Part shown: positions 18,682 through 28,140 of the stretch, one piece after another
Numbering within the stretch: position 1 is the first letter of the stretch
How the letters are laid out: each line of letters starts with the position of its first letter
From: an uncultured Chloroflexia bacterium
Lineage (GTDB): Bacteria > Chloroflexota > Limnocylindria > Limnocylindrales > CSP1-4
DNA: 64,000 nucleotides
Direction of reading: 5' to 3'
NCBI GenBank assembly: GCA_963712745.1
Contig: CAVQJC010000005.1
Span: 96,001 to 160,000 of the forward strand
Notes under the pieces: generated by a model
The model's input: the letters and a program-made list of their open reading frames with translations, nothing else
Databases searched by the model: none
Told to the model about the DNA's origin: nothing
Made by a program: the position numbers and the translations under genes

Positions 18682-19575
18682 ATGCCGAATCGTCCGACCT
18701 GCCTCCGCTTCGTACCGACCGCCTTCATGCTGGTTCTCGCGCTTGGCTCTGCTGCGGTGGCAAGCCAGACTGAGACGCCGCGACCATCCGATGACGCGAG
18801 CCGCTGGCCCACAGCGGCTGAACTACGAGCGACCTTGGTCGGACTCGGTTACGAGTTCCGCGCGGACGGCCTGTCGTCGCCCTGGTCTGGGACCGGCTTC
18901 TGGACTGGGGCACGGTCGGACTTGACCGACTTGCCGTCCGCTTCCGAAGACCGATGGCTGCGAGTCGACTCGCCGGACGAAGCAGCTGCCCAGATCCGGC
19001 TGCTGCTGGCGGACGACGATCGTGTCACCCAACTCCTCGACGTGGGGTCGGTCCTGGGCATCCCGCGACCGGCGCTGGATGAAGCGAGCGCGCTCGTCCG
19101 GGTCAGCGCCGAGTGGACAGACGCACCCGACTGCGCGTTCTTCGAGTGGGAGGTATCCGGTGGCCGGATGGTGCTCTGGCGGGATGGCCTGGCTGGCGAC
19201 TCGGACTTCGAGATCGACTTCGAGCCGCCGTCCTCGGACCAGTTGGTCGGTGTCGATGCCAGAGCGGTCGACGCGATCCCAGGATCGGCCTCTGAAGCGT
19301 GCGGCGCGGCGCTCACCGTCAAGGCCGGAGATCTGTGGTTCCGTCCCGCGGAGGTGACGGTCGCCAGCTCGGGATCTTCGACCATCAGGCTCGACAACGC
19401 CGGCCGCTTGGTGCACAACCTTACCGTCGACGAGCTGGGGATACAGATCGTGGTGGCGCCCCGAGGTGCGGGCGAGGCCATCCTGGTCGATCCCAGTCCT
19501 GGGGTCTACGAGTTCTACTGCTCGGTCTCGGGGCACCGGGAAGCCGGCATGGTGGGCACACTCATCGTGGAATAG
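18682..19575 (+). CDS. Secreted protein with C-terminal cupredoxin domain
   Basis: Signal peptide; HN..YEFYCSVSGHREAGM type-1 copper site. Confidence 0.85.
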   Translation: MPNRPTCLRFVPTAFMLVLALGSAAVASQTETPRPSDDASRWPTAAELRATLVGLGYEFRADGLSSPWSGTGFWTGARSDLTDLPSASEDRWLRVDSPDEAAAQIRLLLADDDRVTQLLDVGSVLGIPRPALDEASALVRVSAEWTDAPDCAFFEWEVSGGRMVLWRDGLAGDSDFEIDFEPPSSDQLVGVDARAVDAIPGSASEACGAALTVKAGDLWFRPAEVTVASSGSSTIRLDNAGRLVHNLTVDELGIQIVVAPRGAGEAILVDPSPGVYEFYCSVSGHREAGMVGTLIVE

Positions 19576-19632
19576 GAAAGAGGCGCACCGGCTCGTGGCC
19601 AGCGCGCCCCTGACAAAGCGCTTCCAGGATCC

Positions 19633-20790
19633 CTATTGGATGCTGACGAGCCCCCCCGCTCCTGGCGGGCAGCCGGTGCACGTCGAGACGTAGACCGTGC
19701 CATCTTCGGCGATGGCCATCCCGCCGGGCATCGGCAGACCATCGCTGGTGATGAGCTCTGCGGATCCACCTCCAGCGGGGACCTGCCACAGGCCACCCAT
19801 CGGCGGTCCGCCTTCTCCGGCACTCATGAGCCCTTCGTGGGCCATCTCGAGCACGTAGAGCGTGCCATCGGCACCAAACTCCACGTCGATGATATTGGTG
19901 AAGCCGTCGGCATACACGGTGGGGTCCTCCCCAGGTGCGACGCGGAACACCGCGGCGCCGCCCATAGGGAAGGGGAATCCGGTCAACTGGCCGACATAGA
20001 GGGCATCGTCATCGCCGAGCGCCACAGAGGTCGGGACCGGGTCCATCGGGATCATGGGCGGCTCTGCGGCCGGATCGGGCTCCGCTTCAGGGTCGGGCGG
20101 AGCCGGCTGCATGACGACCGGCATGACGGCCAGAGTCGAGATCGAACCCTCAGCATCCACGAGGAGAAGGGTGTTCGCGCCCGCGTCGGCGACGGCCACG
20201 CCGTCGGCTGTCGCCACCATGCCGTTGGCATTGGAGTCGGGCTCGGCGTTCCCCGGCTGGTCGGCGTCGGGGTTCTCGCTCGTCTCGTAGGCGGCCAGGT
20301 CGGCCACGCTCTGGGCCATGCCGTCAGCGTCGATGCGGTAGAGCTGACCCATGCCTGCTCCGGCCCCATCGGGGATGCTTTCGCGGAACTCAGCGGCCCC
20401 CAAGGTCGGGCCCCCGACCAGGAACCAGATGGTCCCGTCGGCATCCACGGTGACGTCGGATGGTCCGATCGCTTCCCCGGCGTCAGAGAGCCCCGAGGCC
20501 AAGCCCTCTACGATGTGCGATGCCTCGCCCCCGGAGACAGCGATGATGCTTCCGCTGGCACCGAAACACATGTTGCCGAGCTCCTCGAGCGTCGCACACG
20601 ACTCGGTACCGCCTGCCCCCGCTTCAGCGATGTAGACCGTGCCATCCGCGCCGATGGCGACGCCGCGCGGCGAGTTGAAACCCCCGGCCACCTCGGTGAT
20701 CGTGGGCCCCTGTGCCGCGGCTGGCGCAGCCACCGCCATGACCATGGCGACCCCCATCGCAATCCCCCTGCCGGTTCCGTGCATGAACAC
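19633..20790 (-). CDS. ScyD/ScyE-family secreted beta-propeller protein
   Basis: PRGVAIG..YIAEAG; ADAGAN; PVPTSV; GQLTGFPF. Confidence 0.85.
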   Translation of the reverse strand: MFMHGTGRGIAMGVAMVMAVAAPAAAQGPTITEVAGGFNSPRGVAIGADGTVYIAEAGAGGTESCATLEELGNMCFGASGSIIAVSGGEASHIVEGLASGLSDAGEAIGPSDVTVDADGTIWFLVGGPTLGAAEFRESIPDGAGAGMGQLYRIDADGMAQSVADLAAYETSENPDADQPGNAEPDSNANGMVATADGVAVADAGANTLLLVDAEGSISTLAVMPVVMQPAPPDPEAEPDPAAEPPMIPMDPVPTSVALGDDDALYVGQLTGFPFPMGGAAVFRVAPGEDPTVYADGFTNIIDVEFGADGTLYVLEMAHEGLMSAGEGGPPMGGLWQVPAGGGSAELITSDGLPMPGGMAIAEDGTVYVSTCTGCPPGAGGLVSIQ

Positions 20791-20931
20791 CTCATCTGGT
20801 CGGTATGGTCGGACCCCGGTAGCTCACCGACAACGCTCATCCGAGGCCGGACATACTGGGGCTCCAACTGGGGCTCTCAGTTTCGAATGTCTACCCCGTC
20901 GGTACACTTTTGACAGCCACCGGGACGGCGG

Positions 20932-21642
20932 TCATGGGCCTTCAGCGTTTCGGCCCTCCGGCCGGTGTGGGGCCTCAGCCATCACGCGCGGCCGAAGCGG
21001 GCCTTCCACGCCGATAGCGGCGCGGATCAGGACCTGCACGGCCCAGTGGACCGCGTAGCCGGCCTCGCGCGCATCGAGGTCGATGTCAGCCTCACGAAGC
21101 CGGCTCCAGGTCTCGCTCCCGAGCAGCAAGCGCACCAACGCAGCCAACTGCCGGGCGGTCGCCGCTTCGACACCATCGGTCTCGGCGATGGCACGCTGCA
21201 CGAGTCTGGTTCGCTCGTCGCGCGTGCGGCCATCGAACCCGGTCATACCAAGCAGTCTGGCCGCGTGCACCAACGGAGCGTGTCTGTCGAACACCTCGAA
21301 CGTTGAGGCGACCACGTCGGGGTTCGAGTCCAGCATGGCCAGGGAGCCGGCCTGGCGCAGCAACTCCCGGTCGAGCTCGCTGGCCTCGTTGTCCCTGATG
21401 GACTCGATGATGGCTTCGCGGTTGGGGAAGTAGCGATAGAGCGTGCGGGTGGACACGCCCGCGGCCGAAGCGAGATCGTGGAAGGTGAAGCCGTCGACAC
21501 CTCGCTCGATGACCAGACGGATGAACTGGGAGCGGAGTTCGCGACGGACCTGCTCGGCCTGTCGCTCACGTAGCGTGAGCGTGCGCTTGCCAGCGCCCTC
21601 GGGTTCAGGATCGGTCCGTCGCTCGTTCGTCTCCCCCGTCAT
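20932..21642 (-). CDS. TetR/AcrR family regulator
   Basis: DLASAAGVSTRTLYRYFPNRE. Confidence 0.92.
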   Translation of the reverse strand: MTGETNERRTDPEPEGAGKRTLTLRERQAEQVRRELRSQFIRLVIERGVDGFTFHDLASAAGVSTRTLYRYFPNREAIIESIRDNEASELDRELLRQAGSLAMLDSNPDVVASTFEVFDRHAPLVHAARLLGMTGFDGRTRDERTRLVQRAIAETDGVEAATARQLAALVRLLLGSETWSRLREADIDLDAREAGYAVHWAVQVLIRAAIGVEGPLRPRVMAEAPHRPEGRNAEGP

Positions 21643-21801
21643 CGCTTCCGGCCTGCTTCGATGCCGGATCGGCCGGTCGCGGCGGGACCTCGGTGCCTTC
21701 GGCGGTGACCACGAACCCCTCGATCATGCCCCATGCCGAGACCTCCTCCCCTGCTCCCTGGCGCCGGCGCCCGTGCAGTGTGTGTGGCTGGTTGCGCCAG
21801 T

Positions 21802-21820
21802 ATGGCACACTGTGTGTCAT
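21802..21820. promoter_or_regulatory. Putative TetR operator
   Basis: Near-palindrome ATGGCACAC-T-GTGTGTCAT between divergent genes. Confidence 0.55.
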
Positions 21821-21859
21821 GGGGGCAAGACTCGTGCCAAGTCGAAAGGACGCGGACCG

Positions 21860-23335
21860 ATGGACGCAAAGCCAGCGAGCCTGCCCGACCAGTCTTCGTG
21901 GGAACCACCCGCAGCAGGTGTGTACACACGCTCGCTTCGCTTTGGCGAGTGGATCTCCGAGCCTGTCACCCCGCTCTTCGAGTCGTGGCTCCTGAGCCGG
22001 ATGGAGGAGCGCTTCCACGCGAGCCTTCGGATCCTCATCGGACAGCGTGCCCCACGGCCGTATCACGTCCTCGTCAACGGCTGGTACTACTACTCGCTGA
22101 ACTGGATGAGCGGCGGCGCGTGGTTGCGCAACCTGCCGAGCATGGTGATGACAGGGCTTCGTTCGCCGCGACACCTCGCCGGCATCATCCCTCCCACCGT
22201 CAAGTACAGCATCCCGGTCACCGAACGTGTCTGGCGGGAGGACGTCCAGCCTCGGTATCGGGACGCCGTTGCCCGGGCTGACGAGCAGGTGGAGAGCCTC
22301 CCCGATGAGGATCTGCCCCAACTCATCGACGACCTCTCGGACCTCGCGGGCGACTACTTCACCTCGATGGCCTCGTTTGGAGGCGCCGCCTACAAGATGG
22401 AGATGAACCTCGCCCGCTTCTATCGACGGCACCTGGCGCCGTCCCTCGGCGGCAGTCACCTGTCACTCCTGGTGGGTCTCGAAGCGCCCACAGGTCCCGA
22501 CAGCCACGCGGTGGCGTCGCTGGATTGGTGGTTCGAGCCCTCCGGGCAGCAGTCCGCACCCCCAGCCTTCCCCGGCCATCACGCCCGTGTCGTGGCCAAC
22601 CGAGAAGCAGCCGAGAACGCCGCGTTCGCCGCACTCGCCGCATCGCCCCGGCGCCTCGAGGACTTTCGCAGGCTGCTGTCGGAGGCACAGCGCCTGGTGC
22701 CGCTGCGGGAAGCGCAAGCTCGCGAGCTGACCCTGTCCTGGCCAGCGATGAGGCGCGCCGTGCTCCGTATCGGCCAGCACCTGGTGGCCAAGGCGATGAT
22801 CCCCGCACCTGACGATGTGTTCTTTCTGCGGCGGACCGAGGTACTCGATGGCATGGCCGCGGATGCTCCTGCGGCAGTGGACGCGGCCGGCCGTCGAGAG
22901 CTGCGCAAGGCGCAGGCAGCGCTGCTACCGCCGCTGCATGTCGGCCGTATGGGCGCGGGGATGCGACGGATGATCGAGACGTTCCCGCGGTTCGTGGGCG
23001 CCGTTCCCGCCGATCAGGCGATCATCTCCGGGACCCCGGTGTCGCCGGGGCGTGCCACCGGCATGGTCCGAGTCATCCGCGGACCTGCGGACTTCGACCA
23101 GTTGCAGCAGGGTGAGATCCTCGTCGCACCCCTGACTGCTCCGGCCTGGACACCGCTCTTCCTGCGGGCTGCGGGGGTGGTGACCGACGTCGGGAGCGCC
23201 GCTTCGCACGCATCGATCGTCGCGCGCGAATACGGGATCCCCGCCATCGTCGGCTGTGGGGATGCGACCTCGCGCCTCGAGACGGGAATGGCAGTGATGG
23301 TGGACGGAACCACCGGCAACGTAGAGAAGGTCTGA
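21860..23335 (+). CDS. PEP-utilizing enzyme phosphohistidine-domain protein (no ATP-grasp domain)
   Basis: GEILVAPLTAPAWTP..GSAASHASIVAREYGIPAIVG; EPVTPL near the N-terminus; DDVFFL. Confidence 0.85.
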   Translation: MDAKPASLPDQSSWEPPAAGVYTRSLRFGEWISEPVTPLFESWLLSRMEERFHASLRILIGQRAPRPYHVLVNGWYYYSLNWMSGGAWLRNLPSMVMTGLRSPRHLAGIIPPTVKYSIPVTERVWREDVQPRYRDAVARADEQVESLPDEDLPQLIDDLSDLAGDYFTSMASFGGAAYKMEMNLARFYRRHLAPSLGGSHLSLLVGLEAPTGPDSHAVASLDWWFEPSGQQSAPPAFPGHHARVVANREAAENAAFAALAASPRRLEDFRRLLSEAQRLVPLREAQARELTLSWPAMRRAVLRIGQHLVAKAMIPAPDDVFFLRRTEVLDGMAADAPAAVDAAGRRELRKAQAALLPPLHVGRMGAGMRRMIETFPRFVGAVPADQAIISGTPVSPGRATGMVRVIRGPADFDQLQQGEILVAPLTAPAWTPLFLRAAGVVTDVGSAASHASIVAREYGIPAIVGCGDATSRLETGMAVMVDGTTGNVEKV

Positions 23336-23501
23336 ATCGGAGCTGGCGGACTGCCAGGGATTGATCGGACCGCCCAGGCTCGCGAACCACCTGATGACAG
23401 CAGACCGATCGATCTTGCATAGGTCATGCAACGGGCTCGCCTGGTCTCTCGAGCAGCGTCGGCGGGATCGAGGAATGACGGTGACCGATGGAGGAGCGGG
23501 C

Positions 23502-23789
23502 TCAGGCGGGGGCCGCGGCGAGCACGACTCCGATCACTACGGCCGTGGCAGTACCGGCCACCATCCAGAGCATGCGGCCGCGCGGGAGCAGCGGCTCGGA
23601 GACCACCACCCGCTGGAAGTGGGTCTCGTACTCGGTGCCTCGATAGCGCTCGGTGAACGACTGGCTGCTGGGCTTGGTGATGCCGGACCGGTCGGCCGGG
23701 ATAGTGGTGATCCGGTGCTGGTTCTCGAGGATGCGGGTGCGCAGCGACGGATAGGTACGCGCGAGCGACATGGGTTCTGACTCCTGCAT
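23502..23789 (-). CDS. Small hypothetical membrane protein
   Basis: Short ORF with a C-terminal hydrophobic helix. Confidence 0.4.
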   Translation of the reverse strand: MQESEPMSLARTYPSLRTRILENQHRITTIPADRSGITKPSSQSFTERYRGTEYETHFQRVVVSEPLLPRGRMLWMVAGTATAVVIGVVLAAAPA

Positions 23790-24189
23790 CAGGTGGAGAG
23801 GTCCTGGATGCCTGCTCGGGAGACGAGCCTTGAAGGCGTCTGCCGACAGTTGTAGCAGCGAACCGGGACAGAGGTAAGCCCCACCAACTACGCCCAACCG
23901 GGACACACTGCCCAATCTGCTGGGACTGTCGTCATCCCCCCGGTTACCTCTGCCAGCCTCCTGGCGTGCCGAGGGCTCGCAGCACTCCCAGAGGCGCCTC
24001 AAGCTCGCCAGCCAGGACCATCACTCGAGGGACGGCGCCTCACGCTGCCGGTGGTGAAGAGCTCGACGAGGATCGGATCGACCTGGTCGAACTCGTCAGC
24101 GTTCACGACGTCGTCGACCATGTCGTGCTCCTGCGCATGGCATCAGCAGGCTTCATCGTCGAGTTGGCGGCACAGACCCTCCGGCAGCC

Positions 24190-24420
24190 CTACTCCGACG
24201 ACAGCATCTCGGCGAACGGGGCGAACACCGGGTCGATCGCCCCCAGCGCCTTGGCGACCACCCCGAGGTCCGAGCAGGTGGTCGTGAAGGCGACCGCGCT
24301 CAGGCCGCTATCGGGGTCCTGGCCGACCAGGCCACCCAGCCGATGGCCTCGCCTTCGTGACCGACCAGGTCGCCGAGCTTCATGATGCCGAGGCCGTACT
24401 GCAGATCGTGACCGGACGGG
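24190..24420 (-). pseudogene. C-terminal fragment of a serine hydrolase (paralog of 6072-7296)
   Basis: YGLGIMKLGDLVGHEGEAIGW../DPDSGLSAVAFTTTCSD, with a frameshift. Confidence 0.8.
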
Positions 24421-24588
24421 TCGATGTCAGGTCATTACGAATTCTCTACTGTGTTGACGCAGCGGCGCCGGCTCATCACCTTTGGTCCGTCCGTTGTGCG
24501 GAAGAGGCACGGGGACGATGACAAGGACAGTCGAGGATTCGTCGGCCGGCCCGACGAATGGCGGGGGCCATGCCGTGTGGAGGACACC

Positions 24589-24906
24589 ATGGGCTTCGGA
24601 TTCCACTACCACAAGATCCTCCGGGCAGGCGAGGCCTCCGAACTCAAGCGTCGCCATGAGCATGCGCGTGCGCTCAAGGAGAGTGCGAGGTGGACGCCGG
24701 AACCAAGACGACGAGACGCGATGAAGGACCGCATCACGGCCCTACGTGGACGTCGGGAACCCCAGTTCGATCTGCCGCCGTCGCCGACTGCCGATGGGCA
24801 CGAACTGACCCAGGCCATATGTCGTCTTGGCGATGGGTCGATGGGCCGCATCGCTATCGTCCGCCAGTCCGCCGAGGAGTGGACGGCTGTTTGCGTCAAG
24901 CCTTGA
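24589..24906 (+). CDS. Hypothetical protein
   Basis: GGAGG RBS; C-terminal CRLGDGSMGR..WTAVCV. Confidence 0.6.
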   Translation: MGFGFHYHKILRAGEASELKRRHEHARALKESARWTPEPRRRDAMKDRITALRGRREPQFDLPPSPTADGHELTQAICRLGDGSMGRIAIVRQSAEEWTAVCVKP

Positions 24907-24907
24907 C

Positions 24908-24980
24908 TCGTGCGTGGATAGGGTACACAGCGCGCTTCGATAGCAGCAGATGCGAGGCCTACAGCGTTCGAACCGCGCAA
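24908..24980 (-). repeat. att-like element remnant R9 (promoter arm only)
   Basis: TCGTGCGTGGATAGGGTACACAGCGC..GGCCTACAGCGTTCGAACCGCG matches 2360-2428. Confidence 0.82.
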
Positions 24981-25145
24981 CCATGACCGATCGCCTTAGG
25001 TCGATGGGGGCCAGCGTGCGGTCTACGGGTCTCCATCGAGGAAGCCGGCCCCTGACCACGGCCAGCTGATCAGGCTCATCAAGCTGCGGGGAGTCACCAG
25101 AATCGGTGATCACTTCGAATCGGGCTTCCGCTCAGCCGCCAGCTG

Positions 25146-25623
25146 GGCCATGGCGTCACCCACCCGCCGGCGCGGACGCAGACCATGGAGACCGGTCACC
25201 GAAAGCGCATGGTGCGGGCCGCCGTCGGTAGTTATCAGCCTGGCTCGGCCCAGGCCTCCTCAGCCTCGGTCTCCATCTTCTTGAGGCGCGTGTAGTAGTC
25301 CGGGAATTCCTTGAGATGTGCGAGCGCGATCTTGCCCGTCACGATCGGATCGCTGCCGCTCACGTTGGTCTGCGAGTCGTGCGTTCCGTGCTCCAGTTCG
25401 ACATCGAGGCCCTCTCGGAACTGATCCACGTCGAATGGGCTGGTGTCCCAGTCGATACCGATCTCAGTCCCGATCCGACGGGCTTCTTCGGCGGTGAAGT
25501 GTTCGTCCGTTGTCATCGATCCTCCTCAAGAGCCAGCAGGACGCGTGACTCACTCGAGCAGCGTACTACCCGGGTATCCGTGCTCGGGCCGACGGGGGTG
25601 CGAGTCCCCCTGGATGAGGGTCG
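25146..25623. repeat. ~478-bp near-exact duplication, copy B
   Basis: Matches 12984-13461. Confidence 0.92.
25235..25516 (-). CDS. DUF5661-like small protein (second copy)
   Basis: One amino acid different (K/E) from 13073-13354. Confidence 0.85.
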   Translation of the reverse strand: MTTDEHFTAEEARRIGTEIGIDWDTSPFDVDQFREGLDVELEHGTHDSQTNVSGSDPIVTGKIALAHLKEFPDYYTRLKKMETEAEEAWAEPG

Positions 25624-25742
25624 GCTTTGTCTCGCGCCTAGAATCGAAGGAGGGCCGGACAGCACTCGCAAGACGCGGCTCACGGTGGCGAGGACGAGAG
25701 TCCTGGTCTCGGGAACGGACCGGCCTCGGGGGAGGTGGAGCG

Positions 25743-26444
25743 GTGAGGACGATCATCAAGGTCTTGGCGCTGCTCGGAGTCGGCATACTGCTCTGGTTCC
25801 GCGGGCGCGATTGGGCAGGCTACGTAGGCGATCACGTCGGCGTCGGGCGCAAGACGACCGGACCCATCGCGCGGGCCCTCTACAGACACGACCCGTGGCA
25901 CCGCACGGCATACCCCATGGCCCTCGAGAAGCTGGCGCTGGCCCCGGATGACACGTACCTCGACATCGCTTGTGGAGGGGGGACGCTGCTCTCACTGGCG
26001 CTCGAAACGGTGGACCGGGCGGCGGGCCTCGATCACAGCCCCGCCGCCGTCGAGGTAGCGCGGGAAACGAACGCCGCGGCGCTCGAGGCGGGTCGGCTCG
26101 AACTGCGGGAAGGCGACGCCGCGGACCTGCCGTGGGATGACGGCTCGTTCGACGCCGTCTCCAATCTCAACACCATCCACACGATGCAGGAGCCACGGCC
26201 TCTGCTACGCGAGGCCCATCGGGTCCTGAAGCCCGGTGGTCGGTTCCTGCTCATCACCCAGTCGGCCGAGTCGCTCGAAGGCCCGATGTGGGGATGGATG
26301 CGACGCTTGCTGGTGCTCCACGGCGACAGCGAACTGGCATCGATGCTGCGGGATGTCGGATTCTCGGAGGTGGAGGCCTACTCACCGGACGGGGATCGCC
26401 AGGTCGGCTACGGCATCAAGGCGACCGTCGAGGCCAGCGCGTAA
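25743..26444 (+). CDS. Class I SAM methyltransferase with N-terminal TM helix
   Basis: LDIACGGG, GDAADLPWDDGSFD, RVLKPGG. Confidence 0.88.
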   Translation: MRTIIKVLALLGVGILLWFRGRDWAGYVGDHVGVGRKTTGPIARALYRHDPWHRTAYPMALEKLALAPDDTYLDIACGGGTLLSLALETVDRAAGLDHSPAAVEVARETNAAALEAGRLELREGDAADLPWDDGSFDAVSNLNTIHTMQEPRPLLREAHRVLKPGGRFLLITQSAESLEGPMWGWMRRLLVLHGDSELASMLRDVGFSEVEAYSPDGDRQVGYGIKATVEASA

Positions 26445-26515
26445 GCCCGCGGAGACAAGCCTCTTGGGCGCCGCCGCTGCGACGAGTTCCCCGCCAGGGG
26501 CGCACTGCGCGACCG

Positions 26516-26595
26516 ACGCTCCTCGATCGCACGATGATCGAGGCCTTCACCGCTTCGGCCGTCACGCTCGGAAGGCGGCACCTTCGCCACTCGAC
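26516..26595 (-). repeat. att-like element remnant R10 (arm half)
   Basis: ACGCTCCTCGATCGCACGATGATCGAGGCCTTCACCGCT..CCTTCGCCACTCGA. Confidence 0.8.
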
Positions 26596-26763
26596 CCGGT
26601 ATCCCGCTCGTGGAGCAGGCGCTGGCCAGGGCTCGCCTCGACCGCGATCTGGGCGAACGCCTCCGAGCATCGGGCAGCTTGCCTGGGCCCATGCGGGCCG
26701 TCCGGCTCTTGACCCTCCCCGCCCGGCACCGAAGATGGACACGACCGCCAGGGGGTGTGAGCG

Positions 26764-28029
26764 ATGCCCGAGTCACCATCCGGACGCCGCGTCGTCGTCA
26801 CCGGTCTCGGGGCTGTCACCCCCCTTGGCGCCGACGTCCCGTCGCTGTGGGAGGGCCTGGTCGCCGGCCGCTCCGGCATCCGGCGTATCAGTTCGTTCGA
26901 TCCATCGCGCCTGCGCTGCCAGATCGCCGGCGAGATACCCGACTTCGATGCGGAGGCCTCGCTCGACCACAAGCTCGTCCGGCGCTCCGATCGCTATACG
27001 CAGCTGGCGCTGGTGGCGACACGCGAAGCCATGCGAGACGCCGGCCTGCCCGAGCATCTCGAGGGTCGACTGGCGGAGGAGACGGGCATGCTCGTGGCCT
27101 CCTGTCTCGGCGGCAACGGAACGCTGGTCGACCAGATAGGAGCGTGGTCCGCGCGCGGTCCCGACCACGTCAGCCCCTTCTTCATTCCCATGGCCATCGC
27201 CAACATGGCATCAGCCCAGGCAGCCATCGACTGCGGGGCCCTCGGTCCCAACTACTCCACGACCAGCGCCTGCGCATCGTCCGGGCATGGGATCGGAGAG
27301 GCCACCGAGACCATCCTCCGAGGAGACGCCGAGATGATGGTCGCCGGCGGTTCCGATGCGCCGGTCTACGAGGTCACGGTCGCGGCCCTCGGTGCCATGC
27401 GCGCGCTCTCGGGCAGGAACGACGACCCAGCCGCCGCCAGCCGGCCCTTCGACGCGGGACGCGACGGCTTCGTCCTGGCCGAGGGTGCCGCCGCGCTCGT
27501 CCTCGAGGAGCTTGGCCACGCGGACGACCGCGGCGCAGACATCTATGTCGAGGTCCTCGGCTACGCGGCCACCACCGATGCCAGCCACATCACCCGGCCC
27601 GCACCCCGCGGCAGTGGAGCCCTACGCGCCGCCCGCCGCGCACTGGAGAAGGCCGGCATCGGAGCCGGCGATATCGATCTCGTAAGCGCCCATGCCACGA
27701 GCACGCCGGAGGGTGACAGGGCGGAACTGGAGTTCCTGCATACCCTGTTCGGCGAGCACGCCCGGGACGTCAGTGTCACTGCCACCAAGTCGGCGGTCGG
27801 CCACAGCCAGGGTGCGGCCGGAGCCATCGCCGCGGTCGCCGCGGTCAAGGCCATGACCGGCGGAGTCGTGCCACCGACGCTCAACCTCGATACCCCGGAC
27901 CCGGCCATCGGCGAGCTCGATTGCACGCCGGTCGAAGCGCGCGAGCGGAGGTGCGACGTCGCGCTCGTGAACGCCTTCGGCTTCGGCGGCCAGAACGCGG
28001 TGCTCGTCCTGCGCAGGTGGGAGTCGTAG
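26764..28029 (+). CDS. fabF: Beta-ketoacyl-ACP synthase II
   Basis: RVVVTGLG, SACASS, HATST, KS..GH, NAFGFGG. Confidence 0.92.
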   Translation: MPESPSGRRVVVTGLGAVTPLGADVPSLWEGLVAGRSGIRRISSFDPSRLRCQIAGEIPDFDAEASLDHKLVRRSDRYTQLALVATREAMRDAGLPEHLEGRLAEETGMLVASCLGGNGTLVDQIGAWSARGPDHVSPFFIPMAIANMASAQAAIDCGALGPNYSTTSACASSGHGIGEATETILRGDAEMMVAGGSDAPVYEVTVAALGAMRALSGRNDDPAAASRPFDAGRDGFVLAEGAAALVLEELGHADDRGADIYVEVLGYAATTDASHITRPAPRGSGALRAARRALEKAGIGAGDIDLVSAHATSTPEGDRAELEFLHTLFGEHARDVSVTATKSAVGHSQGAAGAIAAVAAVKAMTGGVVPPTLNLDTPDPAIGELDCTPVEARERRCDVALVNAFGFGGQNAVLVLRRWES

Positions 28030-28140
28030 TCCGGTCGGCACTTGACCTCCTTGTCGAAGGGAGGACCATGCGCAGCAGGAGAACCCGGGGTTGCGCCTCC
28101 GGGGTCACCGGGGGCGACCTCGGCCACGCCGAGGTGGGAT

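Noticed and set aside
2226-26595. Repeats as functional tRNA genes or intron-containing tRNAs
   Set aside because: No 3' anticodon stem (GCATG) or acceptor 3' strand (CACCCCG) follows. The GGTTCG in the terminal motif mimics a T-loop but lacks a proper T-stem and occurs on both sides of the half.
2226-26595. Classical integron attC sites or a CRISPR array
   Set aside because: The ends are direct repeats, not RYYYAAC/GTTRRRY inverted boxes; the spacers are kilobases long; no intI or cas gene is in the window.
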